A stretch of 64,000 nucleotides of DNA from Octopus sinensis. Taxonomy: Eukaryota. Positions 49,356 through 62,195 of this stretch are shown here, piece by piece (the stretch's first letter is position 1; each line of letters opens with the position of its first letter). The notes under the pieces were generated by a model that saw only the letters and a list, made by a program, of their open reading frames with translations, had not been told where the DNA came from and made no database searches. The stretch covers positions 9,300,001 through 9,364,000 of the forward strand of contig NC_043007.1 of NCBI RefSeq assembly GCF_006345805.1, read 5' to 3'. Both the position numbers and the translations under genes were made by a program.

Positions 49356-50324
49356 GAGCATATATATATATATATATATATATACATACATCTCTGTGTG
49401 TATGTATGTACAAGTGTGTGTGTGTGGGGGGGGGGCTTCTACATTATATCCGCATGCTAAATTAGCTTTCAACCAATTAGCGCGGCCACGGATGAAATAT
49501 ACGTAACAAAGCTGCAGTGCAGTAGAAATGATGCCGAAACCTTCTGGATTCAAAGCGAGAGTCTTACGCCCGACTGCTACACCGGCACTTATCGATGTGT
49601 ATCGTAGATATCTTTTCAGTGGTACTTTACCCTAAAATAAATGTCATCAACAATGATGTGTTCCCTTAACAAATCTGACCAAATTCTCACTGTCTTCATA
49701 GCACTTGAGAAGCCACGGGAAGTTGAAATAAGAGAAGTTATCTTCGGTGAAAATTGAAATTTAGAGCAGAGAGTTGCCTATTACTTCGCTACTGCTTGTA
49801 ATCTTCGGGATGTATTTCCATATGGAAGGCCAATTTTTATATTCGCAAATTTCTGTTACATTAATTGAATTCCTGAACTAGATCGGAAGCCTGGAAAACA
49901 ACGGGAGATAATAAGGAGGATTAGAAGAAAAAGAAAAAATGAAGTAAAAAAAATGTCCACTCTGAAAAACAATCATGGTTTTAATAAATTTAAATATTTA
50001 AATGGATTATATAAACCACAAGAATCATAATTTGTCTCCATTAATGAAATGTATTTTATTTTTCTGTTAAAAAAAAATATTTGAAATACAAACTGAGCTC
50101 TTCGTGAATTTCTTAAGAAATTCCATTTCTTAAAATGCTGAATACGACAACATAAAAACGATAAAAAAAGAAGGAAAACATGTACTAAATCCTAATGGCA
50201 TATTTAATTGGGAAGGTGGACATTTTGAACAAAACACTAATTCCGAAAGCATGTCTCTAATATAGAGAAGCCTCGAGTTGTATTTTCTACGGAGACGACG
50301 TGTGTAGAATATAAAACTAACTAT

Positions 50325-50806
50325 GAGTGTGCGTGGCTTTGTGGTAAGAATGTTCTGCTTTCAATCCTACTACGCGGCACATTGGACATGGGTCTTCTAC
50401 ACAGGCATAGGGCTGACCAACGTGTTCAGAGTAGATTTGGCAGATGGAAACGGGAAGAAGCCCGTCGTATATATATATATATAGCAATAAGAAAATGGAG
50501 GGGATCAATAGGTGGTTCATCAACTTCTAGACATTATTATTACGTTAACTTAATTAGGTTAACTTAATGAACCACCTATTGATCCCCTCCATTTTCTTAT
50601 TTGCGATGTAAATTAATGGTAAAATATCTCTTTACCTTCACGCATTTAGTACACTAGGTAATGTAAATGCAATGCAATAAAAAAAACTTGTGTATTAATA
50701 ATTGTGTATTCTTCCAGCAGTATATTGGATAGATATTATCCCTTAGTTGGTTGGATTCACAGCCTCTAACTTTCTTGGAGTTATATATATACATATATAT
50801 ATACAT

Positions 50807-50856
<50 letters not shown>

Positions 50857-50870
50857 ATATATATATAATA

Positions 50871-50915
<45 letters not shown>

Positions 50916-51185
50916 ATATCCATAGATAGATAGATAGAAACATACATACATACACACATACATACATGTGTGTGTGTGTCTTTGTGTCTGTGTTAGTCTC
51001 CCACCACCGCGTGACAGCCGGTGTTGGTTGTTTATGTCCTCGTAACTTACCGGTTCGGCAAAAGTCGGTGATAGAACAAATTCCAGGCTTGGAAAAAAGA
51101 ATAAGCACTGGAGGTCGATTCGTTCGACTAAAATTCTTCAAGTTGGTGCCTTAGCATAGCCGCAGTCCAATGACTGACACAAGTT
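50325..51185 (+). mobile_element. SINE family B split by an insertion in its internal (TA)n
   Basis: Head at 50325-50480 and body/tail at 50950-51185, with about 470 bp of foreign sequence and (TA)n between. Confidence 0.75.
50486..50601. repeat. Perfect 35-bp inverted repeat with 46-nt spacer
   Basis: AATAAGAAAATGGAGGGGATCAATAGGTGGTTCAT (50486-50520) and its exact reverse complement (50567-50601). Confidence 0.97.
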
Positions 51186-51945
51186 TGATATAAAAGATAT
51201 GCGTGCATGTGTGTGTGAGCACGTGTGTCTTCTGTTTTGTCTTGGTATGTTTTTAGTCCTGTAACGCATTTTAAACTTGACGGTCTGACACCATACTGGA
51301 AATATGTAATTTTTGTTTTTTATTTCAGCAGCGTTTCATGCGATTTCTAATATTTATAACAATGTTTGTCATTGGAATTCTTCCTTTTTATATTTAGCAA
51401 GTCTAACTGTATCAATTCCCTTTCCTAAAGCCACTAGACATGAAACAAGATAAAAAAAAAACTAATGTTGTTACGTGCGCTGCATAATATGACTAAATAT
51501 AGTTAGTAACTGTTGCTGTAAGGATTACAGGTTTTCAGATGTTGTTCTTCGAGTTATTGTACAAAGCGTCTTTGATTTAGAATTTGGTTGATAATTTGTA
51601 AGCAGCGGTCTGAATGGGTTAGGATTTTTAACTAACTATATTGGATACACAGCAAACAATCATCACTTCGCACATTGTGTATCATATCTACAAATTGACA
51701 ATCTTTAATTCACAGACTATAATATCTTGTCTTTCTTCGTTTAATAGTTTCAGTCATTGGACGGCAGCGAAGCTGTGGGCGCGCATTGAAGGCAGTTTTG
51801 TTTTTTAGTCGACAAAGTTGACGGTAGGACTTATTTATTAAAGCTTGGCACGTATTCTCCCAGTATCTTTTGTTGAATGGGGAGCGAATCAAACCAACAT
51901 CGGGTTTTAGGAATGGTGAGTGATAACCGCAAACACAAAAGAAAA

Positions 51946-52337
51946 TCTATATATATATATATAAAGCTGAAGTTGTCTGTGTAAGGCAGGTTTGGTAGCC
52001 TTCAACTAGCACAATCTCCTCCGAGACCCTGCGGCGCAAGTTGACCAAAATTGAGAGTATGATAGAAGGCTTGCTCTTCATTCCGTAGAAGAAAAATTCA
52101 AATCGGACCATGTTAACACCAAAAATGATTTACATCAAAAAGGTGCTTTTTTTCTATGAAAATCTCTATTTTTTACGATATTTTGACTGCTGTGTCGCCA
52201 TTTTTCGGTGTATTTCAACCAGAAAAATGCTCACTTAAAGAGAATAACAAGCTACATAATGCAAAATTTTTACTTTTCAAAATTTCCAATTCTAAAGGGT
52301 CGAAACAAACCCGAGCAACGCCGGGTGATACTGCTAG
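51946..52337 (+). mobile_element. Non-autonomous Helitron-like element
   Basis: A|TC start, CTAG|T end, hairpin CCCG-agcaacgc-CGGG at 52310-52325, 8 nt before the CTAG. Confidence 0.85.
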
Positions 52338-53526
52338 TAAATATATAAAATTACAAATCCATTTGGACAAAAAAGTTGGTAGCTGTTAATGTGATGCGAA
52401 GCCACATGTTAAGTAAGATTGGCAAGCGTTCTACCATTGGAATAAATCAAACCTTTAAATTTCTCTATCTATTTTAGAACCTTTAATCTTACCAGCGAGT
52501 ATTGTATGTTATTCACATCGTAATAAGTTATAAAAATCTAGAAAACATGAAATAATTCATGTAACGAATTATTTCTTTTATATGTGTATGTACGAGTGTG
52601 TATATGTATGTATATGCATGTGCTTATGTTTGACTAATTTGATATATCTTAGTGTATTTAAAGAATAAAAGAACATTATACGCACCTACACCATTATAGT
52701 AATTAAATTATAATAAACTAATTGAAACGGAGTGAGGGTAGAGTCGTTAAAACGAAGCTTATCGCCATTTAGAAATTATATTCATTCTAGAAAGAAACAT
52801 CTCAATTATAATATAGGAATTGATTTTGCTTTGATGTCTGTTGTCTTTCAATTGTTTTATTACTTTATTTCATTGTATTAAACGAATATCTATTTTTGTC
52901 TAACATATCTAATCAACAACAATACCGGCCTAAGATTATTACAATTACTTTCACTTTACTAGAAGCTAACATTTCATCGACAAACCACTCAGTATTGTTT
53001 TGGCCATTTCTTCTTTATTTTATTCCGTGTAATGTTTCTCGTAGATCTCTTTGAAACTAATGTTTGGTATACATCCAATTATGCACTCACCAGTAAATAC
53101 TAACCAATGATTTTTTTGTTTGTTTTTCTATGTTTTGCTTTTTTCTTTCTCAGTATTCCGAAAACCAAACTAACCGTGCACAATATATATCTAAGTATAC
53201 ATTCTCTTTCTCCATTTCTCCATCGCTCTCAGTGCTTGTCTCTCTCTATCACAACGCCTCCACCACCACTACCACCACCGCCACCACCAATGCTATTTCT
53301 TTTTATCGATAGGATCAACAACGGTAGGATATTTTCCTTTTTGCAATTCTGCTATTCCTTAATTTTTATTTTTGTTTGGCATTTTTGGCTCCGCTTTTTC
53401 TTATTCTAGTCTTGGCTTTAATCTTCCTCTCGTCATTTCTCGGGTTTTCTCACAGACCAGCGTCCTTTCTCATTATAAATCTTTTGCCAAACGACACCAA
53501 CCTTGTTGTGTATTTGAACCTGAAGA

Positions 53527-53592
53527 ATGGCGTGGAAGCACAAAGGATGGTGTATATTTCTGCTGTTTTACTGTTTCCTCATCTTGCACTTG
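53527..53592 (+). CDS. Candidate first coding exon encoding a signal peptide
   Basis: AGAATGG Kozak context, [22 protein letters not shown] (basic n-region, hydrophobic h-region), donor TTG|GTAATA. It follows a unique CT-rich leader and precedes a microsatellite. Confidence 0.4.
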
Positions 53593-53629
53593 GTAATAGC
53601 TTATATCAATCTATCTACATACATATGTG

Positions 53630-53656
53630 TATATACATACATACATATATATATAT

Positions 53657-53717
<61 letters not shown>

Positions 53718-53837
53718 GTGTATATATATATGTGTATACATATATATATGTATATATATTTATGTAAATATATATATGCATGTATGTATATATATATGTA
53801 TATATGTATATATATATAAATATACATACATACATAC

Positions 53838-53874
<37 letters not shown>

Positions 53875-53930
53875 TATGTATATCTGTACCTTTGTATACA
53901 CAAATACAAGCAAACGCATATATATACATA
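53630..53930. repeat. TA/GT compound microsatellite
   Basis: Direct reading. Confidence 0.92.
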
Positions 53931-54839
53931 TACATGCACGCAGAAACCATTTCATAAGTTTGTTGCCAAACGGTGTTTCCGAGCCATTGAACCACGGTGT
54001 GTTACTCATTCTTGAGTTTGAGATGAAGTCAAAGATATTAATTCTTAACCCCTCGAAAAAAGATATTTTGAAATTTCAATTAATGTTACGTTTCCATTTA
54101 AACATTCCTTGAATCGACAAATGACATAACTATACCGGGATTTTACGGGTTTTTACAGCTTGCGACGGGATAAATTGCGATAGTTGTGCCACGTAGTATG
54201 TTTAATCAAATTGTTGCACAGATTAGCACAATCACATTAAGTGGCACTGTGGGAGTTTTCTGGTCTGCAAGCATTTGAACAAGATCCCCGGTTTGTAAAC
54301 ATATTAACTTATCCCTTTCAGTATGCTCGAAACACCTCTTAAGTTTCAAAATAACATAGCCTTCGTTCTCGATTGAGAACTAAAAAAAGAAAACAAAACA
54401 GCGTTATTTAAGACATTTCGATGAGTACGCTTCAGTAACGACATCCTCTGTCATACTAATGCCAATTAGCAGTGTGTTTTTAGCTAAGAAGACCGAATAT
54501 ATACGCATATACATACATATATACATATATACTTACACACATATATACATGCATTACAGTTACACATCGCCCAAATTCTCTTCAATATCATTCACATTAT
54601 ACGAATCAGCCTGAGAATATGCAAATTGAAAATGACCCAAAATGCCTGTAAATGAGAATAAAAACTCAGCATATCTTAGCTGCCAGCTGAACGCTTAAAA
54701 TGTTTGGTCATATTTGGTCTCTCCGTCTCTCCCTCTCGCTCTCTCTCCCCTGTATTTTCCACTGAGGATAATTTAAATTATATTCCTGTATTTCATATAC
54801 ATTTACTTACATCAATTTAATTCATATATGTGTATATGT

Positions 54840-55100
54840 AGTTAGTCCAAACATGAACAAAGAGAAAACACAACAACGTGAGGATGTGGAACAAGTATAG
54901 TGTTTTTGGACGGCCAGGTCCAAACATGAACAAAGAGAAAAGACAACAACGTGAGGATGTGGAACAAGTATAGTGTTTTTGGACGGCCAGGAAAGGAAAG
55001 GATGAAGGAGGATTTAACGTTTCTAGCCAAGCTCTTCGTCAGAAACATAGAAAAAGGAAAGGTCCAAGGAAGGGCAGACGGAGAAAGAAATTCGTCAACG
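54840..55100 (-). mobile_element. Penelope-like pseudo-LTR with hammerhead and 73-bp terminal tandem duplication
   Basis: Homologous to 11245-11435. 54845-54917 is repeated at 54918-54990 with one mismatch. Confidence 0.75.
55012..55046 (-). ncRNA. Minimal type I hammerhead motif
   Basis: GTTT-CTGACGA-A-GAGC ttg GCTA-GAAAC-GTT^AAAT. The core is canonical, helix II has one mismatch, and helix III is the palindrome AACGTT. Confidence 0.6.
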
Positions 55101-55564
55101 ATACACACGTGGTCACACACACACATACAAACAATTCACATTATTACATTTAATGATCATCAAACCTTTGAAACAGCTGTAAAGGATGATTCATATTCTC
55201 CTCTCTGTCTTGTCTGAGCGGTTCTTCATGTTCCGGTCTTTTCGTTTTCATCTGTATTATTACAAAATGATTTTTTCATATATATCCTCTCTGTGAAGAA
55301 CGGCTATGAACTCTCGCTTTCCGCTTCCTGATTTTCCTGTTGTTCTGCTAAATTGAATTTATAACATCTTTTGTATAATCAATTTATAAATGCGTTCAAC
55401 AACATGTTGTCCATCTTTTATTTTATTATACTATCATTAGCTTGACCAGTACATGGCTTATAGGAAACATTTGTTTGCCTGTATCCCGTCTCCTATCGCT
55501 TAACTTTGAATTTTCACAGCATTTGGTCTATTCTGAGCAGTAATTATTGTCTATATCTATTATA

Positions 55565-55573
55565 GGCCTTATC

Positions 55574-55604
<31 letters not shown>

Positions 55605-55884
55605 CATTCATGTATATGTATATATATATGTGTGTATGTGTGTGTGTGTGTGTATATATATATACATTCATGTATATGTGTGTATAAATATATATATATA
55701 TATAGACATATGAAGAGAGAAAGAAAGGGAGTGTGAAAGAGAGAGTGAGAGAAAAGAGTGAGATAGATAGATAGATAGACATATATGTGTAAATGTATAT
55801 ATATATATGTGTATGTGTATGTATACGTATATACATATATACACATACATGTATGTGCATATATGTGTATGCATAGAAGTGTAT

Positions 55885-55956
<72 letters not shown>

Positions 55957-55980
55957 CTTGTATGTATGTGTGTGTGCGTG
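55565..55980. repeat. TA/GT/GA compound microsatellite
   Basis: Direct reading. Confidence 0.9.
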
Positions 55981-56889
55981 CGTATAAGTATATGAGGTTG
56001 GATGTTTGTATGTAGGTATATTATGAACATGTACAGACGCCCGCATGCGGATATCGATAACCAGTAGAAATGAGAATTAAATATATAAAGTATAATTGCT
56101 TATAGATGTAATTATTGCAAATATCAATATCTAACATATATGAGATAGAAATATATATATACGTTGTCAAAAATACACATAACTACGGAGAGAGAGAGTG
56201 TGTGTGTGTGTGAGAGAGAGAGAGAGTGAGTGAGAATGAGAGAGAGCGAGAGAGACAGACATGCAGACGGACAGACAGATAGACAGAGACAGAGAGACAT
56301 GCATTGATAATTCCGATAGCAATTAAGGATAAATTCACATGTTGCTGCAGCGAACCACATATAAACACAAAAGTCTATATTGATATGGAATCGCTCCATC
56401 TCTCGCTAATACGATTTATGCTCAATTATTTACAATAAATATATTATTAACAGAACTTTTGATATTGGTCATTGATGACCTCCTAAACACGCTGATAGAT
56501 TACTATCGAACGTTGATTCACTTTACAATGATTTTTGCGGACTCGTCAAAAGAAGAGAAATGTTCGGTTTTAAATATATTAATGCTGCTTACTCATTTAG
56601 CAGAATGTTTCCAATCTCGTTAAGGATGTGTAATGAGCACCATAAGCTGTCAGTGTTGTGGGTGTTATCTTGACTAATAGCCCTTGGATTTGGTACTGAC
56701 TAAAATGAGGTGTATATACACATATTGATTATTTGTAGTGTAGTGAATTGAATTATTTGAATTACACGTTCAGGTTATGTATACGACTTTGTTATCGAGA
56801 CTAGATGTATTTACTAGACATTTCATCAAACACAAACAACATGTCCATTAGTACCCATATTTTACATTCACTTCTTCAGAAAACTGTAT

Positions 56890-57400
56890 TTCAATCAGAA
56901 CTGGAAAGCACTTGTAATGCTACTGCTCGGGTTTATGATCAGAAGACAGGGCCTTAACGTCACAGGATTCTGTGGTAGTAGGCACCTCACCTGGGATGCC
57001 AAATATTGTAACATCTCCAGAGGCAACTTGGCGTTGTCAACTACCAGCCCAGGTTCCACTGTTCATCAGGCTGAGGAAAACAAACTCTCAAGGTATTGAT
57101 CACTCACCAACAATTTATGGCTAAGCTTGTGACATTTGAGCCCGCCAACATTCTTCCCCCACCCCCCACCAGACCATATCCCTGTTCACCGCTATCAGGA
57201 TGGAGTTTGCTGTCCACAAGGGCAAGCCCTGTGAGTGAAAATGGCTGTCCGAGCACATCTCGTTTCCCATCCCCTGGGGCAACGCGTTTTCTGTTTTGTT
57301 TGTTGGTGCCATGAGAAATGTCATTCAATGACTTTATCAAAGAGTTTAATGACATCTGCTTAACTGTGCATAAAATTTTATCATAACAGCGTTTGATGAA
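56890..57400 (+). mobile_element. Possible highly degenerate Ty3/Gypsy pol (RT thumb to RNase H) remnant
   Basis: Motif-like pieces appear in the expected order across frames: LLGFMIRRQGL (cf. FLGHxIxxxGI), LQRQLGVVNYQPRF (cf. LQRFLGMVNYxxRF), TLKVLIT...FEP, VCWCHEKCH. Confidence 0.4.
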
Positions 57401-57498
57401 CTGCTGACATTTCATAAAAGGCAGGTGCATGATAACTCCGTTAGCACCCAAACCAATCAGCCGTTTCTTCATAAAACTCTATTTCTCAATCTGTGTAT

Positions 57499-57731
57499 CT
57501 GTTTCTTTATTACCCACAAGGGACTAAATATAGAGGGGACAAACAAGTACAGACAAACGGATTAAGTCGATTACATCGACTCCAGTGCGTAACTGGTACT
57601 TAATTTATCGACCCCGAAAGGATGAAAGGCAAAGGCGACCTCGGCGAAATTTGAACTCAGAACGTAACGGCAGACGAAATACGGCTACGCATTTCGCCCG
57701 GCGTGCTAACATTTCTGCCAACTAGCCGCCT
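57499..57731 (-). mobile_element. SINE family A, full monomer
   Basis: Head, core and tail present. Confidence 0.92.
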
Positions 57732-58184
57732 TCTGTTTCTGAATCGGTGTATCGCTTGGCGACAAGCATGTTCGGGAAATCACCCGTGAAACAGCAGCTC
57801 TTCTGATTGCGTAATGTCTGTCTGATTCAACTGGCCCAGGTTCAAAGTTTGTCGTTCTTGTCCTGATCAGTACATTGTATTTAAACAGTAATATTTATAG
57901 AATCAGTAAGGAGTCTTCCGCCTTATTAAAACACATAAACACGACACATTTTCGCCGTTGTTCTATTCTGCTGTGTCCACCTCCAAGCTTCAGCACACAT
58001 TATTTCGTCAAATATTTACTCCATAGAATTTCTACTCCCCGGCATTTCATTCCATATAAATTTATTTTTCTCTTGTCACTTTAACCTACAAACTTCGTCT
58101 GAGAAGTCGTTAGGTTAAGCGTCAACAGAATCGTTCCCACAGCTGGAGGACGGAAGGAAAAGGTTATGATTAGAGCCAACAATC

Positions 58185-58573
58185 TCTTTTACTTGTTTCA
58201 GTCATTATACTGCAGCCATGCTGAAGCACCAGGGGGTCGATTTGGTCGACCCCAGGACTTATTCTTTGTAAGCCTAGTACTTATTCTATCGGTCTCTTTT
58301 GCCGAACCGCTAACTTACGGGGGCGTAAACACACCAGCATCGGTTGTCAAGCGATGTTGGGGAGACAAACACAGACACACAAACACACACACATAGATAT
58401 ACATATATACGACGGGCTTCTTTCAGTTTCCGCCTACCAAATCCACTCACAAGGCTTTGGTCGGCACGTGACTATAGTACAAGACGCTTGACCAAGGTGT
58501 CACGCACTGGGACTGAACCCGGAACCATGTGGTTGGTAAGCAAGCTATTTACCACACAGCCATTCCTGCGCCT
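58185..58573 (-). mobile_element. SINE family B, full length
   Basis: Complete family B organisation. Confidence 0.92.
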
Positions 58574-59339
58574 CTTAACTATTCTAAAGCGACAGTGATA
58601 TATTTCCTATATTTTCCCGACCAGAAGTGACTCCGACTTCCCTGTTAGATTACACTTTGAATCATTCTCTTACACTTCTTCAACGTCCTTTCCGCAAAAC
58701 TCCGCTATCGAAATTCTTCATTTATTCCATTTCACACGCTAAGATTTCCTGCATAATTAACAAATAATTATTTTGATTTATCACTTTACACATTACAAAA
58801 TCCATTAGATTGGGGTATGTTTTGTTTTATGCATTTAATGTTTTTTAAATTTCTATTTTCTTTTAGCGCTTATTTTTTTCCGTACATTTTGGCAAATAAA
58901 AAGTTAATTCTTTTTCATCAAGATTTCCATTCCAATTAAAACCTACACACACAATTTCAGTCTCTGCTGTTTTAATAGAACTAAATGTGTCTGACAGATA
59001 ACAGAAAGCACTTTATATTGGAGATTTAGATGGACAAATAAAAATTACATGGTTGATTCATTATTATTACTAGATATTTTATTTTGTTTTGCTTTTTTTC
59101 TAAGACATCGCACGGAACGTCTTATTTTAATTACTATGATTGAGTAGAACACCTTATATAGTTGTAAACGCCCGACGAATTATCTGTGCGACAAGGTTTC
59201 GATGCTGCTTCAGTAGTCCTATTTCATTTACTCGGCAAAAGGAGACACCGCACATGCAACTTAATAATATTCATAAAGGTTTCAATTTTTTGCCACAAGG
59301 GCAGCTTGTACGCAACGCTTGTACGCAACGCTTCTACGC

Positions 59340-59865
59340 AAATAAGTACGCAACTGGTACTTATATAATCGAACCCGAAAGGATGAAAGGCAAAGTCGAC
59401 CTCGGCGGAATTTGAACTCAGAACGTAACCGCAGACGAAATACGGCTACGCATACCACGCCCGTCGAAATGCGTAGCCGTATTTTGTCTGCCGTTATGTT
59501 CTGTGTTCAAATTCCGCCGAGGTCGATTTCCCTTTCATTCTTTTGTACCAGTTACGCTCTGGGGTCGATGTAATCGACTAAATCCCTTTGTCTGTCCTTG
59601 ATTGTCCCCTCTGTGTTTAGACTCTTGTGGGTAGTAAAGAAATATGTACTTATTCAATCGAACCCCAAAGGATGAAAGACAAAGTCGACCTCGGCGGAAA
59701 TCATTATGATCTGAGTTCAAATTCCGCCCAGGTCGACTTTGCCTTTCATCTTTTCGGGATCGATGAATTATGTACCACTTGCGTACTGGTGTTGATCTAA
59801 TCTACTGCCCCCGCCTCCCCCAAAATGTCGGGCCTTGTACCTAGAGTAGAAAAGAATAATAATAA
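59340..59865. mobile_element. Cluster of SINE A pieces in alternating orientation (double fold-back)
   Basis: Minus piece 59340-59453, plus piece 59469-59643, minus piece 59645-59698, plus piece 59711-59865 with the alternative tail. Confidence 0.9.
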
Positions 59866-59879
59866 TGACGATGATTTCA

Positions 59880-60070
59880 AAAGTTTAGTCAACAATTTCG
59901 AGAGAGGTGGTAAGTCGATTACGCCGATGCCAGGGCTCAACTGCTACCGACTTTATCGACAAAGAAGGGATAGAAAGACAAAAGTCGACATCGGCAGAAT
60001 TTGAACCCAGAATGTAAAGACTGGCGAAATGGTAATAAGCATTTTGCCTGGCGATCTAACGACCCTGCCA
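59880..60070 (-). mobile_element. Diverged SINE family A
   Basis: AAAGTCGACATCGGCAGAATTTGAACCCAGAA...GCATTTTGCCTGGCG. Confidence 0.7.
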
Positions 60071-60604
60071 AAGAACTTGTAAATGTTACGCTTATAAATT
60101 TGCTCCTAAATACTTGTTGAAGTCAAATATTAATAAAGATTAATAAAATAAATGAATCACACTCAATTTAAACTGTCTCAGTTGTAAAAAATGGGATTAG
60201 TTACATTGGATTCCTTGCATAAACCATTAAAATTGGATTGCACAATTTAAATCTAATTGTGCATCCCCATACATAAATAAGCCGAAATCAGATGCAAATT
60301 GCGACTATAAGGGTGAGTATGCAGCTGAAATTCAGTAAAGAAAATTTTTAAATGTCTGAGTGCAACCTTTTGTTTAAAATAGGCAACTTTTATAGACACA
60401 GAGATAAATAACTGAAGTTTCTAAAGTACTAAATATATCATTTCTAATTTTGGCACAAGGCCAGGAATTTTGAGGGGATGGACCAAGTTGATTACTTTGA
60501 CCCCACATCTTGACGGGTACCCCAATATTTTATCGACGCTAATGCACACACTCAGGCATATAAATATATACATACACAGAAATGCACATACAATAACCTG
60601 GTTA

Positions 60605-61023
60605 AATTATTTCTTTATTGCCCACAAGAGCTAAACATAGAGGGGACAAAAAAGGACAGACAAACAGATTAAGTAGATTATATCGACCCCTGTGCGTAAC
60701 AGGTACTTAATTCATCGACCCCGAAGGGATGAAAACCAAAGTCGACCTCGGCGGAGTTTGAACTCAGAACGTAACGGCAGACGAAATACCTATTTCTTTT
60801 TTACCCACAAGTGGCTAAACATACAGGGGACGAACAAGGTCAGACATAGGTATTTAATCGATTACATCGACCTCAGTGTGTAGCTGGTACTCATGTAATC
60901 GCCCCCGAAAGGATGAAAGTCAAAGTCGACCTCGGCGGAATTTGAACTCAGAACGTAACGGCAGACGAAATACCGCGAAGCATTTCGCCCGACGTGCTAA
61001 CGATTCTGCCAGCTGGCCGCCTT
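60605..61023 (-). mobile_element. SINE family A dimer
   Basis: Junction AAAGAAATA|GGTATTTCGTC at 60780-60799. Confidence 0.9.
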
Positions 61024-61262
61024 CAACCAGGTTAAAATTATATCCGGTTGTGGAGCCTCGAACGAAAATATGTCGTGCTTTGGAAATTAGCTGCCCTCTG
61101 GATACCAATGTAGTTAGAAAAGTACAGAAGGCTAGATCTATGGATCATCTATCGAAAATAGGTTTTCAGTTTTACAAGAAGATATAAACAAACCTGCTGT
61201 ACGTGTGTTTTCGAGGAGATGATGCATCTCTTTAATCCATACGTTAGAAATGATAGTGAAAT

Positions 61263-61578
61263 CACCGTGATCACCGAGACCGACTAGGCTATCAAATGTT
61301 GCTACACGTCGCTGGTCACAATGCGCTTCGCATTGTTTTAGCCTTCAACTGACACCACACCGCTGGCTAAGCGAACAGGCTAACAGAAGAAAGAGAGAAA
61401 TGAGAGAAAGTTGTGGCGAAAGAGTACAGTAGGGATCGCCACCACCCTCTGCTGGAGCCTCGTGGAGCTTTAGGTGTTTTCGCTCAATAAACACTCACAA
61501 CGCCCGGTCTGGGAATCGAAACCGCGATCCTACGACAGCGAGTCCGCTGCCGTAACCATTGGGCCATTGCGCCTCCAG
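61263..61578 (-). mobile_element. SINE family C (tail type 3) with 11-bp TSD
   Basis: TSD GATAGTGAAAT at 61252-61262 and 61579-61589. Same head as 24655 with an unrelated tail. Confidence 0.9.
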
Positions 61579-61749
61579 GATAGTGAAATATGTGGCTATA
61601 AAGATTCACAAAACCTTCTGAAGTTTTACGTGATGATGACCAAAACAAGATGCTTTCCTTTGCCACCTTGATGCCAAGCAGGTGTCCGGTCAACAATAAC
61701 TGTAAACTAAGAAGAGAAAAAGAATACATTTATACATAAATATTCTTGA

Positions 61750-62162
61750 GAATTTCATACACTGGGAAATTATACCAGCATTATGTAATGTTATCAGTGA
61801 AAGGATATGTTGAAAAAAACACCATTAAATATCTCAGATGATGAGAAAGTCACTATAATTTGGACAAAACACAGAAGGGAATTTAAGTAGATACTATGAA
61901 AAAGAAATAGCGACATCTGCGACCATTAGGCACTGAAAATCTTTATAAGACAATCGCTGATAAAAATAGAGAATCTATAAAATTAGAAAGAACTGAAAAC
62001 ATTGATGTGCAAATTACGGGGAACTGAAACGTGGAATTGTCTCAATAATAGGTACTTTATGAAGTATTAAAGATTTAGATATAGTTATAACCCAAATCGA
62101 GATCTTCCGTATATCAAAAACATACTGAAATATATAAGTAACTAATAATAATAATAATAATA

Positions 62163-62195
<33 letters not shown>
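61750..62195 (+). mobile_element. 3' end of an R4/Dong-like (REL endonuclease) LINE with (TAA)n tail
   Basis: HWEI ... PLNISDDEKVTIIW ... IVSIIGTL fragments followed by about 17 TAA units. Confidence 0.55.

Noticed and set aside
53454-53519. Minus-strand exon reading VQIHNKVGVVWQKIYNEKGRWS
   Set aside because: Splice-like signals exist, but it overlaps the leader of the better-supported plus-strand start exon and cannot be resolved without RNA data.
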